A stretch of DNA of 64,000 nt from Neoechinorhynchus agilis (lineage: Eukaryota; Animalia; Acanthocephala): assembly GCA_051530055.1 (NCBI GenBank), contig CM121343.1, forward strand, positions 4,806,389 to 4,870,388. Direction: 5' to 3'. Below the pieces are notes generated by a model. The model was not told where the DNA came from, did no database searches, and saw only the letters and a program-made list of their open reading frames with translations. Below, piece after piece: positions 1 through 11,070 of this stretch (positions within the stretch are counted from its first letter, which is position 1; the number at the start of each line of letters is the position of its first letter). A program made the translations under genes and the position numbers.

Positions 1-960
1 TGTGTTGATACAACGACAAGGAGCTTTGATCACGTCGCCATAATTCCATAAGCCAGGTATACTCTGGGGAACGAACCATTGGAGAAGCCATGTACCTACC
101 AAGTACAAAATCAATGTTGCAGTAAATATCTTCTAGCGAGCCATAAAAATCGCAATGCCCATGTGATGAGGAAGGACATTGAGAGCATCTTCGTATAACT
201 TCAGGACCTTGAGTACCCGACATACGCTATAAAGAAGGCATTGGCTCGAGTGAAGAGCACGACGAAAAGTGATGGTACAGACGGTTTGGAGAAGAAATTC
301 ATTCGAGTTCAGTTCATCTCAACGAGGATAGGTAACATGCTCACACACATTATCAGAAAACCGAGTTCGACGACTCTGGTTTCCTACTATTCGTCAGGAC
401 TCAAACTGAGCGGGATATTGAAAGCGAGACCATCACAGCATATGGAAAATTGATGGCTGGTATATTCGATATCCTGTAAGGATTGTGATCAGGTCTAAAT
501 TGGACGGACAAAACAGGGGATGCGAAAAAAGAGTCAAGCAACATGAGTATGCGCTACGACGAGGTGACGTGTCGTCAGCCTTATCCAATCACGCTATTAA
601 CAACGACCAAAGAATCGATTTTGGAAACGCGTGTACAAGGATGGCCGAGAGGAACCTACAAAGCAGGTTGATAAAAGAATCTCTGCTCATTAACATGGAG
701 GACACAATGGAAGAGAGCAATCATTCTCTAGGACTCCCGACGAGGAATCTCCATGGGTCTTTTGCGCGGAGGGGGGGGGAAACATCACCTCGGGAATCTA
801 CGGTCCTGCGCACCCGAGTCAAGGCTACCAACTTAGGCACCCCCACCACATCCATTTTTAGATGCTTGAGAAGGAGGCTGAGACCTCGAAAATTCGCAAG
901 GTTGACTTCAATAAAACTCGAGTGTGTTACGATTCACAACGTAACATAAATTGATTTTTA
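1..960 (+). mobile_element. Penelope-like element (PLE) 3' part, decayed: RT C-terminus, GIY-YIG endonuclease, 3' pseudo-LTR
   Basis: Frameshifted reading gives YSIPCKDCDQV...RVKQHEYALRRGDVSSALSNHAINNDQRIDF...ERNLQSRLIKESLLIN, typical of PLE GIY-YIG. Followed by a minimal hammerhead-like motif and AATAAA at 910-915. Confidence 0.8.
863..898 (+). ncRNA. Minimal PLE-type hammerhead ribozyme (U3-A8 core variant)
   Basis: UGC-UUGAGAA-G-GAGG-cugaga-CCUC-GAA-AAUU-C-GCA: 3-bp stem I, 4-bp stem II, palindromic AAUU stem III, located in the PLE 3' repeat. Confidence 0.6.
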
Positions 961-1131
961 TATTTCCAAAATCTATGAACCTTGCATTTCGAGTTTTTTT
1001 TAATGATACTAAGGTCGATCCTCCCGCTTGCACAGAACGAAAGAAGTCGCTGGAGCACATTTAAGGGTACTTCATTTAGAAAACGATACATTCCCTCATT
1101 TTATTTATGGATGTAATATTTCTGTTTTCAG

Positions 1132-1809
1132 ATGTTGATTCTGATTATTGGTGACATTCACTTTCCTTTCCGTTCACCGTCTATTCCAATTCAATTCAAG
1201 AAATTTCTGCATTCTGGACGCATCCAACATATTCTTTGCACAGGGAATTTATGTACCCGCGGCATGGCCGACTACTTACGCTCAATATGTCCGGATCTTC
1301 ACATCGTACGAGGGGATTTCGATAATACAACATCAGTAGCCATGAACCAGACAAACTCTTCAGGTTCTTTGTGGAATTCCTCTGAACAAAAAGTCGTCAC
1401 TATCGGCGGAATTCGGATTGGACTCTGCCACGGACATCAGCTGATTCCAATATCGAAAAAAGGCATCCTCCTTATGCTCGGACAACAATTAGATGTAAAT
1501 ATTTTAGTGACGGGTCATTTAAATCGTTATCATATTCTTGAAGCTGATAAAAAGATTTTCTTGAATCCAGGATCCGCGAGTGGCGCATTTAGCCCTTCTT
1601 TTGATGATGATTACGATGGTGGCTTATTACATGAAAATGGCGGTGACTACAACCACGACGAGCTTAAACTCGTTGCACTCGGTCAGGTTGGCGTTCCTTC
1701 GTTCATGTTACTAGACGCTGATACCAATGATATTAACATATACGTCTACAATCTTATCAACGGAGAAGTTGATATTCACAAATATGTACTAGCCCGTTCG
1801 CCTAACTAA
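1132..1809 (+). CDS. VPS29: Vacuolar protein sorting 29 (retromer subunit), intronless ORF, 225 aa
   Basis: GDIHFP, IQHILCTGNL, HIVRGDFD, EQKVVTIGGIRIGLCHGHQ, LDVNILVTGH, FLNPGSASGAF, PSFMLLD and YVYNLING match the VPS29 phosphoesterase-like fold. Confidence 0.95.
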   Translation: MLILIIGDIHFPFRSPSIPIQFKKFLHSGRIQHILCTGNLCTRGMADYLRSICPDLHIVRGDFDNTTSVAMNQTNSSGSLWNSSEQKVVTIGGIRIGLCHGHQLIPISKKGILLMLGQQLDVNILVTGHLNRYHILEADKKIFLNPGSASGAFSPSFDDDYDGGLLHENGGDYNHDELKLVALGQVGVPSFMLLDADTNDINIYVYNLINGEVDIHKYVLARSPN

Positions 1810-2134
1810 ATTGTTTGAGCGAAGACGGGTACGTTTGAGCCCAAAGCTATGTTTGCCAAACATAATCAGATTGCATTTATCTAATACTTTAATTTTAAAT
1901 GAAATTTATTTCTCACTACATGGTAAGGATCCGTGATTTGTAAAAGCAATTCTAGGAGGTATCAAATTAAACGTGAGCGACTTCTCAAAGCTACCTTGCG
2001 TGAGCTGCGCTCATGTCTCAATGATCTCCATTTATAGCAATTTAATTGCAACAAAATCCCGAGTGCTGGTGTAGACTGAAATTACTTTACACTCCGAACT
2101 CCTCAGCAGTAAAATAAAGGTAAGCAGAAATATA

Positions 2135-2555
2135 GTATTAAGTACCTAGAAGCTCATATAATGGTCAGCAAGGCTCCTCGCGCCAATTAAAGGCCTAAGG
2201 ACACAAAATTGTAGCTAGAGTGCTCATAGAGCGGTATTAAGTGCCTATACACTCATATAATGTTCAGGAAGGGATCCTAAGAACACAGAAAATCTTCTCT
2301 AAAGTGCTCATTGAGCCGTACTAGGTGCTAAGAGGCTTATACAATATTAAGGAAGGGTCCTTGAAGCCAACAAAAGGCTTAAGGACACGGAAGATTGTGT
2401 CTAGAGTGCTCATTGAGCCGTATTAATTGGATAGAGGCTCATATGATGTTCAGGAAGGGTTCATGATGTCAAATAAAGGCCTAAGGACACGGAAGGTTGT
2501 CCCTGGAGTTCTCTTAGGCCGTATAAAGTGCCCAGAGGCATGTATAATGTTCAAT
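2135..2555. repeat. Degenerate tandem repeat, ~100 bp unit, 4-5 copies
   Basis: Recurring gtattaagtgcc...aatgttcaggaaggg...aaggcctaaggacac...gtgctcatagagc at ~2135, 2234, 2318, 2420 and 2520. Confidence 0.7.
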
Positions 2556-2579
2556 CACGGTACGTTAATTTTATTTTTC

Positions 2580-3640
2580 TTAAACATAACCGGACGACCC
2601 CGAAATAGTTTCCGTCTAGTCCACATTGATCCACTGATTCCAAATATGTTTTGTTCTTCTTTTCGCCGTAGCTTTCACAGTTCGTAAATGACATTTACCT
2701 CGTTCAATCATGGCCAAATTGCAATCATTGTTTCCGCCGATTCCAAATATGTTATTCTTCTCGCCGTTGCTATCACGGACCGTGAATTATATAAACTTCG
2801 TTAAAACATAACCGCGCGAACTCGAAGTAGTGTCCGTCTAGTCCACTTCGACCCGCTGATTCCAAATATGTTTTTTCACCGTGGCTATCACAATTCGTTA
2901 ATTATATTAATTTCTTTTAAACGTGACCGTGGGACCTCGAAGTCGTGTCCGTCTAGTCGACTTCAATCAGCGGATTCCAAATATGTTCTTTTTTCGTCGT
3001 AGCTATAACCGTTCGTTAATTATATTAACGTCCTTAAAACAAAACCGCGCGACCTCGAAGTAGTTTCCGCCTAGTCTACCTCGATCCGCCGATTGCAAGT
3101 ATGTTCTTCTTTTCGCCGTAGGTTTCACAGTTCGTAAATGACATTTACCTCGTTCAATCATGGCCAAATTGCAATTTGTTTCCGCTGATTCCAAATATAT
3201 TATTCTTTTCGCCATAGCTATATCGGTTTGTGAATCATATTTACTTTTTTATAATCTGACCGCACGACTTCGAAGAAGTGCCCGTCTGATCCATTTTGAT
3301 CCACTGATTATAAATATTTATTCCCTTCGCTGCAGCTATCACGGTTGGTGAATAATATTTAGTTTGTTGAAAAATAACCGCGCGACTTCGAAGTAGTTTC
3401 CGTCTTGTCCATTTCGATCCGCTGATTCCAAATATGTTCTTTTTTCGCCCTAGCTATAACCGTTATTGAATTATATTTAGTTTATTGAAACATAACCACG
3501 CGAACTCAAAGTAGTTTCCGTCCAGTCCCCCTCGATCCGCTGATTCCGAATATGTTCTTCTCGCCGTAACTATCACAGTTCGTGAATTATATTCACTTGG
3601 TTAAAACAAAACCGCGTGACCTCGATTTGGTGTCCGTCCT
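2580..3640. repeat. Degenerate ~117 bp satellite with ~453 bp higher-order repeat
   Basis: Unit aaacataaccgcgcgacctcgaagtagtttccgtctagtcc...gctgattccaaatatgttctt recurs about 8 times. Two units share an extra gacatttacctcgttcaatcatggccaaattgcaat block (~2690, ~3140). Confidence 0.85.
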
Positions 3641-3745
3641 GTTAGTGCATTTTCGCTAACATTTTAGTAACTACCGTCGTTCCTTAATACGGCATTAGGC
3701 CTCAAGGCAACCAATAATGGCTAAACCCGTAATAATTATCATAAT

Positions 3746-4008
3746 TGTACGTTGGTGAATCCTGTCCCCGGTGTTGTCGATACTCATTTATTTGAGAAAT
3801 ATTTCGCAAGGTTTTCCATGCCTCTTCAGTCTCTATCTAAAATGGAGACGATTTAAACAGCATGCACAGCAGGTCATGTCTGGATCTGCTGTGCATGCTG
3901 TATATATCGTCTCCATTTTAGATTGCGACTGAAGAGGCAAGGAAAACCTTGCGAAACATTTCTCAAATGAGTATCCACAACACCGGGGACAGGATTCACC
4001 AACGTACA
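3746..4008. repeat. Foldback / MITE-like inverted repeat (263 bp)
   Basis: tgtacgttggtgaatcctgtccccggtgttg... is mirrored by ...caacaccggggacaggattcaccaacgtaca. The arms pair almost to the centre (~3878) with few mismatches. Confidence 0.9.
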
Positions 4009-4499
4009 CTCAAATTTACCCCGAGGACAATGATATATGAAATTATCATAATTATTGCACCACTAATTAAAACTTTTTATTTTAATACCAGAATAAAACT
4101 CTAAAAATATAGAAATAAAACCATTATAGTAGTCCAAAGGAGTATACAAATCTTACAATGATCCATAAGACTCATCTTTTATAATAAACACATCCCTACT
4201 ATACCCAAATCTAAATCCACATATAAAAATAATCCCAATTAAAAACCAAAACAACCCAAAATAGAATCAAAATTTGAATTACTATTAAACCTAACAGGCG
4301 TAGGAATACCTAATAAATTTAATTTCTACAACTTAACTACCCACCAAAAAATCCTAAGCTCTCAAAGTCCGTATTTTACTATACTACATGATATAAAAAA
4401 TGAATAATTGCTGCTTGTATTTTTCCCTGACCAAAACTTTACAATAAATAACTACAAAATAAAAATAATTACTGTCAAACCTATCACAAATATGTTATT

Positions 4500-4590
4500 T
4501 AGGGCGCGTGTTGACACTCGAGGGAGATGCCGTTAAAGACGAATGTATATTTCGACTGATTGAATTAGTCCTTGTCAATTAAATCTAGAA
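4500..4590 (-). mobile_element. Dispersed short repeat with minimal hammerhead-like motif (probable PLE pseudo-LTR fragment), copy 1
   Basis: About 85 bp homologous to 24901-24990. Minus strand reads UUGACAA-G-GACUAAU-uca-AUCAGUC-GAAA-UAUAC. Confidence 0.5.
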
Positions 4591-4639
4591 AATTACAGAG
4601 GAGTTTGTCACAACACACACGACATGATTGTTCGTTTTG

Positions 4640-4885
4640 ACTCGGTAACCCGGGGTCGTCAACCCCGTAGGCGAAGACCAGCCTCCCTGGGTGCATTTAG
4701 GCCAGAACCTGAAAGACCAACCTTACAAGCGCTCCTGCAAACAATAACCACCAGAACGGACCTTCCAAACCGACCGAATATTGCCACCCTCCCGAACTCG
4801 TAATCCACTCCAAAATCAATATCCAGTTTCATTTATCCAGTCAGAGCTCGAGTGTTTATGAGGACCCAAAATTACATGGGTCCTA
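4640..4885 (+). mobile_element. 3'-end fragment of the CR1/L2-like LINE family
   Basis: 4714-4772 matches 33790-33848. It ends in ctcgagtgtttatgaGGACCCaaaattacatGGGTCC, the same terminal stem-loop as 34058-34095 and, in part, 53901-53918 (-). Confidence 0.65.
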
Positions 4886-6008
4886 TTCTCTGTGAATCAA
4901 CAAATAAAACGTGTTATTATAATTGGAGCGAAATTTTCGCTTTGTTCCCTGTTCCATCGTGTTGGCCATTTCAATATGCGTATATCGACTCCTTTTTATA
5001 AGTCGATGGAATTTCCTATTTTCAGTACAGAGGACGTCGGTCTTGTGGAATCCGATTGAGCGTGTGGTTCGATGAGCATTATTAAGAACAGCAGAGACGT
5101 AGTATCGCGACATCGTAAGACGTATTGATGTTTTCCGCAGTCGTTACAAGGGATGTTTTGTTGAGGTTTTCTTTTGAAGATACGTCGTGATAGTTAGGAT
5201 CTCTTGTGATATAGGCGAACGGGGCATTTCGAATTTCCAAGCCTGTCCTGCGTATCAAATTAGAACAAAAATCATCAACGAATTCAGTTCTGATTAAAAA
5301 TATCATTGCTGGTTTTTCCATTGGTCGATTTAGCCAAAAAATATAACTCACCGATACCACATTATTAAAACCCAGTAACAAAAAATATAAGCAATATACA
5401 TTGCGCTTGAACTTAATATTCTAAGAACCGGTGTAACTCTCATAACAACCAAATCTAAGCAAACACTATAAAAATCAACCAATGTAGACAACAAAAAATT
5501 TTGCACCTATGCTCAAAATAAAACAACAAATTTTACCGCAGTTTAATTTTTTATCAAAAATGCGTACAAATTTTTGGTACTATCACCTGAGAAATCCTTT
5601 CCATTTGATTCGTTTTCAATGACGTCATCTCTAACTGCAATTCTTTCGTTTCTGCTAAGAACCACGCCCGCAAAAGCGTGCACCCAGCGATAACGCACAT
5701 TGTCCCCTCTCCGTGCTCTGTATTGTCGGAAGGGTTATGAGCGCGTAGAAAGGGATGCCCGCATAACTGTTGCTGATTGGTTTGTTTACTTCCACTCAGA
5801 TTTCCAGGATTCAGAATGAAAGAAAGTTCGTTTCCCTAATCGAATAAATCTACTACATTTTCGTTGTTTTTTTTCGGGGGTTTCCTCACAGGGACAAACC
5901 CCACTGTTGTATCCGACAACGATTTCTCCGAATAGTCTAAGTACCTTGCATAAGAGCGGCTTCCTTTTATCCCATGAGAGAGATCGTACAATACTTCAGT
6001 AGCGTCAA

Positions 6009-7235
6009 GAGATCCTATCACCTTTCTTCGATTTTTTAGTTGCTAAGTTGATACAATTTTCACAGTTTGGTCTGAGCCAGCGCGTTCCCTTCCCGTGCTC
6101 TGTATTGTCCATTGGATTAAGGGCACATTTGCAATTGGCTCTAAGGTGTGATTTGTTGTTTGTATTCTGCCTGTTTCTTTTGCCACTTAACCATCATGAA
6201 CTTGTGGCCTCCAGTTTTTCATCTGGGCTAGCAGCAATGTCGTTCCCGTTGAACTACAATTATATTGACGTCTTTAGGTATTGAGATCCTATCACCTTTC
6301 TTCGATTTTTTAGTTGCTAAGTTGATACAATTTTTACAGTTCGGTCTGAGCCAGCGCGTTCCCTCCCCGTGCTCTGTATTGTCCATTGGATTAAGGGCAC
6401 ATTTGCAATTGGCTCTAAGGTGTGTTAGGTATTGAGATCCTATCACCTTTCTTCGATTTTTTAGTTGCTAAGTTGATACAATTTTTACAGTTCGGTCTGA
6501 GCCAGCGCGTTCCCTCCCCGTGCTCTGTATTGTCCATTGGATTAAGGGCACATTTGCAATTGGCTCTAAGGTGTGATTTGTTGTTTGTATTCTGCCTGTT
6601 TCTTTTTCCACTTAACCATCATGAAGTTGTGGCCTCCAGTTTTTCATCTGGGCTAGCAGCAATGTCGTTCCCGTTGAACTACAATTATATTGACGTCTTT
6701 AGGTATTGAGATCCTATCACCTTTCTTCGATTTTTTAGTTGCTAAGTTGACACAATTTTCACAGTTCGGTCTAAAACAGCGCGTTCCCTCCCCGTGCTCT
6801 GTATTGTCCATTGGATTAAGGGCACATTTGCAATTGGCTCTAAGGTGTGATTTGTTGTTTGTATTCTGCCTGTTTCTTTTTCCACTTAACCATCATGAAG
6901 TTGTGGCCTTCAGTTTTTCATCTGGGCTAGCAGCAATGTCGTTCCCGTTGAACTACAATTATATTGACGTCTTTAGGTATTGAGATCCTATCACCTCTCT
7001 TCGATTTTTTAGTTGCTAAGTTGATACAATTTTCACAGTTCGGTCTGAGCCAGCGCGTTCCCTCCCCGTGCTCCGTATTGTCCATTGGATTAAGGGCACA
7101 TTTCAAATTGGCTCTAAGGTGTGTTAGGTATTGAGATCCTATCACCTTTCTTCGATTTTTTAGTTGCTAAGTTGATACAATTTTCACAGTTCGGTCTGAG
7201 CCAGCGCGTTCCCTTCCCGTGCTCTGTATTTTCGA
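6009..7235. repeat. Tandem array of 274-bp and 150-bp units (order L-S-L-L-S-partial; 698-bp higher-order period)
   Basis: Unit start gagatcctatcacc at 6009, 6283, 6433, 6707, 6981 and 7131. Near-identical ORFs at 6228-6446 and 6927-7145 confirm the period. Confidence 0.92.
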
Positions 7236-9720
7236 CTGGATTTCGTGGAGCCTGTCATAAATGCAAAGTATGGTGTCTGTTGCAGAAAATGTGGCCGGAA
7301 TTTGAATTGTAGGGGCGATAACTTATCGTTGAGAAGTGAAAGAAGGCGAGATTTTTGAAAGAGGGAGTGGAGTAGATATTAGACGGAATGATTAGGCCGA
7401 AATAAGATGCTCTTTTTTGGAACAAGTATAACTTTAGCAGTTTTCAGGCATTGTTTATAATGAGGGTAATAGGGTGACGAATTTTTAGGTAATTTTTTGA
7501 GATACTATAGTACTTCATATGATTAAACTAAGGGTAGTATCGGCGAGTTGACAAAATTGTGTGGTGACTGATGTTGAGCAGTGATTGTAAATTGAGTCAG
7601 GGCAGAGGGTCTGATTAATGGAATCTAGAACCTGTTTTAATTCAGTGGAGGACAAATTAGGGAGGGGGTCCGGGTGGCGTAGACCAAGAGAGCCTTTGAC
7701 GGCTTGCCGCCATGTTGAGTTGCCACCTGATCGAATTTTAGAGGAAAGGAAGTTTTTGCGGCCGATAAATATTTTATTAGTAAGTTCTTTTTGTAAACGG
7801 GGAGAGTCTGAGGAGCAATTGCGATGGGCTTTAGAAGCTTGTCTTTGTAGAAGTTTCAAAATGGGGGTTATCCACCTGCAATTACGAAATTGTGCGAATT
7901 TGTGGAGTTTATGAGCTCCATCATGGAATTAGGTTGACGCAAAGGGGACTCAGGACGAAAGGCAGGAGGGAGATCGGTGCCAGCAATGGTGAATTCTCTA
8001 AGGCCGTTTCTCAGAGGAGCTATGAAAAGGACTGCGATGAATTCTAGATCGAGGTTTTGTAGAGAGCCTGTGGAAGATAAAGAATAAGGTAGCGATTGCC
8101 TTGCGTAAATTGAGACCCCCCCTCCTGGGCGGTCCTTGCGGTTTGTATGGAAGGAAGAGTACCCAGGAAGGATTGTTGAATTGCTGTTGATGGGGGTAAG
8201 CCGTGTTTCTATTATGATGACTACGTCGGTTTTGAAGTAGATGAAATGAGTGAAATTTCATCTAGTTTAGGAAGGAGGCTACGAGTATTGGGGCGGATTA
8301 CGGTGGGGAAGGAAATTTTTGAATTTCGGCAAACATGGGGCGGAACTGAGTGACATTTAGGTTGCATTTTTCGTCGCGGGTGATGGATTTAGGGCGGAAT
8401 CGTTACAAGATGCCGGTATAGAACGAATGATTATCCCAAAGAGAGAAGTCCGGGAGCGAATCGAAGATTTGAGTTGGGATGAGTGATTGGCAATGATAGA
8501 AATGAGTTTAGAGTTGAAATTGTATGAATCAACTACGGTTGGACGGGTTTTTGAGTTAGGGTAGAGCGATAATCATTTACATGATTTGGGAGAGTGTTTA
8601 ATGCGGAAAGGCTGGGAGATTGACCTTTATGGTTTTTTGGGCGCCGGTGGAGTTGCACGTAATCAAAGAAGTTGGGAAGTCGCTTACTCTTCAAGTTTTT
8701 GGGACGGAGAAGATGTTCGAGGGTGTTTGCTATAAGTGAAGGATTATATTGGGAAGATATGGTCTGGGTTGAGTTTGGGAGGCGGTGGAAAGATTTGGTG
8801 ATGAGTTTTTATGTGGATATATACGAAAGGAGTTGTGAAGTGAGGAGTCTATGTCTCCTGTTGAGAAAGAGGGAGGCTACGAGTGATGAAATAAAAGTTA
8901 CTTTGAGGAGACGTGGTCTCAGATTAAAGGGGTTTTTGGAGAGAATGCGCCTAACAGTTGATGGGGGAAGAATAGTAGCGTGAATGTCGGGGAAAAGGGG
9001 TTCACCGATACTAAGAATTTGGTGGCGGTGGTGTGCATCAGCGGCGACATTATCTGTAACAGGTGCTTCGGGCATATTAGAAATAAAAATGGTGCGATTT
9101 ATATCCTTGAGGGAGAAGTGCATGATACGATGAATCGAGTTCAGAGCGGCGTTTCCCCTTTTGCTCATCTTCATACTCGTTCAGATGTTCCTTTGGCCTT
9201 TTGTTCAACCGTAGCTTTCTTAGAAGTTACTTCAGCTGAATCGCTTTCGCTTTTTCTATCGTTACATTTTATCACAGTCACAATATCATACTCTTCCACA
9301 GTAACTTTAGAATCATTAAATTCTACAGGCTGAATATCCTCTAAGGGTGGTACTAAGTCCCTAGTAATTGTCGAAACATTCGCAGTCTTTTGAACACCAC
9401 TCGTCTCCAACGAGTCTTCGTTTGAGTTTGCCATAAAGATGGAATCTACTAAAACCGCGTTCTCCTTTATGGAAGCTTCAATAGCCCATTTCAGTACACT
9501 TTAGTTTGTTTCTTAGAATGCCCGGTTGAAACCCTTGTCTGCTTCCTTGAACCGTTGGCTTTTTTCCCTTTGCACTTTTTCACTTCTACCAACTGTTCAC
9601 TTTTCAGAGCTTCCATTTCGTACTAAATAGCCTCCACTAACATACCCTTAACTGTGCTCATCACTTCAATTAATGAACCTTTAGAGTTTCAGAAACTCGT
9701 TCAAAGCACGCCGATTCTCG
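7235..9720 (-). mobile_element. CR1/L2-like LINE relic: ORF1, APE endonuclease and start of RT, multiply disrupted
   Basis: ORF1-type NRTIFISNMPE...RPRLLKVTFIS. TIAGTDLPPAFRPESPLRQPNSMMELIN is near-identical to the APE copy at 54.7-54.9 kb. RWITPILKLLQR is the linker. Truncated at the 274-bp array. Confidence 0.75.
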
Positions 9721-9729
9721 CTCACTGTT

Positions 9730-9860
9730 CATTGATTTGTTGGGCGAGGTCGTTTACGAGAGGGTTTCTAATCAAGAGGGAACGCTGCATCTGTCCTTTC
9801 GGCCGTTACACCATGACTGCAGCTGAGTGATCCAGAGCGGTGGTGTGAATTAACACTTTA
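9730..9860 (+). mobile_element. 3'-terminal fragment of CRE-like element
   Basis: ggaacgctgcatctgtcctttcggccg...cagctgagtgatccagagcggtggtgtgaat is the reverse complement of 34395-34465 and 53560-53640 (RGNAA C-terminus of the RLE domain). Confidence 0.7.
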
Positions 9861-10193
9861 TTTAAATAAATGAACGCATTCTCGAAAAAAGTCAAATCAT
9901 AAAATTTAGATATGCGTGTTACCTCCTTTTGGCACATACAAAGTCACTTAAGTGCATGTCTTTAATTGATTGGGTGGCACTTCTAAGACCCCTAAACTTG
10001 ATTTAAGTTGTTTATTCTTGCGAAAGCTTTGTATAATGCTCGTTATGATCTTTTTAAAAGAGAATAATGGAATATAGAAAACACGCGCACTTTATATTTT
10101 GATCCGATAAGGATTCTAAAAGGAGCAACGTCATGTCTTATTGGCGACTCGTCGGCTACACCTAACCCTTATCGGTCAGGGCTATATGCGCAA

Positions 10194-11070
10194 TCATGTA
10201 CTGTGCGGTGAGCTGTCTTCGGAGTTCAAGCTCACTTGACTTACATTCTCCAACTGAAGTTTATGAGCTTGTAGCAGAGTCCAATATAGTCCACCAAGGA
10301 CTTCAGTATCTTTGGATGCATCCATGAACTTAAAATGAATTCCGAAAGTGACTAAATGTAGAAAAACTGAATTGAGATGCGGCCATATCTTCCACGCTGT
10401 CATCTGTTCAAAGTGTTTGTCGTAAAGGTGGCATAGGATTTGGAACAAAAGTCGAGTCATTTTCCGTAAAACTTGGTCAAGTGTATTTGAGATGGTTGGA
10501 TCTGTATATTTAAAGATTGATTAAATTTACCATTTTATTAAATGAAACAAATAACCTGGTGAACGTGGAAACAATGTTTCATCCTGGAGAGTCCGATCAA
10601 CGTATTCCATTGCCAAATCCATATATTGAATACCACTGACTTTGCTCTTTTTTCCTCGTTCATCGATCCAATTGACGCAAGAACTTAACAACTACGAAAA
10701 TAGAAATCACGACTGTGACCACTTGGTGCCAACCTGCTATATCCCGTAAGACTAGGACACAAATCTGGAACGCAGAATTCACGGCAAGGTGCATATAAGA
10801 CATTTATACTTGAAAAAAATGCTCCCACTGCGTATTTAAAACGAAATACAATCTTCATATTTAATAAAATTCTTTTACTGCTTACCATTACCAGCCATCC
10901 ATTCACGATAATTCATTCCTTCAGGTAGTTGACACAGAGGCCCCAGCTCAGAGTGTCGGATTCCGTACACGAACGTGTGATATTTCTGATCATTGTAAAA
11001 TGGTTCATGTGGATTTGTTTGTACACAAGTCGATGTGCATGGCGGTAACAATTCCTTGCGTCTTGTTTTC
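10194..11070 (-). CDS. MOB2: MOB kinase activator 2. Exons 11070-10886, 10827-10734, 10683-10556, 10501-10194; the 5'-most exon is not located
   Basis: Spliced translation LCQLPEGMNYREWMAGN/VGAFFSSINVLYAPCREFC...NWIDERGKKSKV...QDETLFP.../...KMTRLLFQILCHLYDKHF...HLNSVFLHLVTF. GT-AG introns of 58, 50 and 54 nt keep the frame. WxDERGKK is MOB2-like. Confidence 0.88.

Noticed and set aside
5082-5381. Serine protease fragment (YDVAILRL)
   Set aside because: Only one short motif followed by a stop; no His or Ser catalytic motifs were found.
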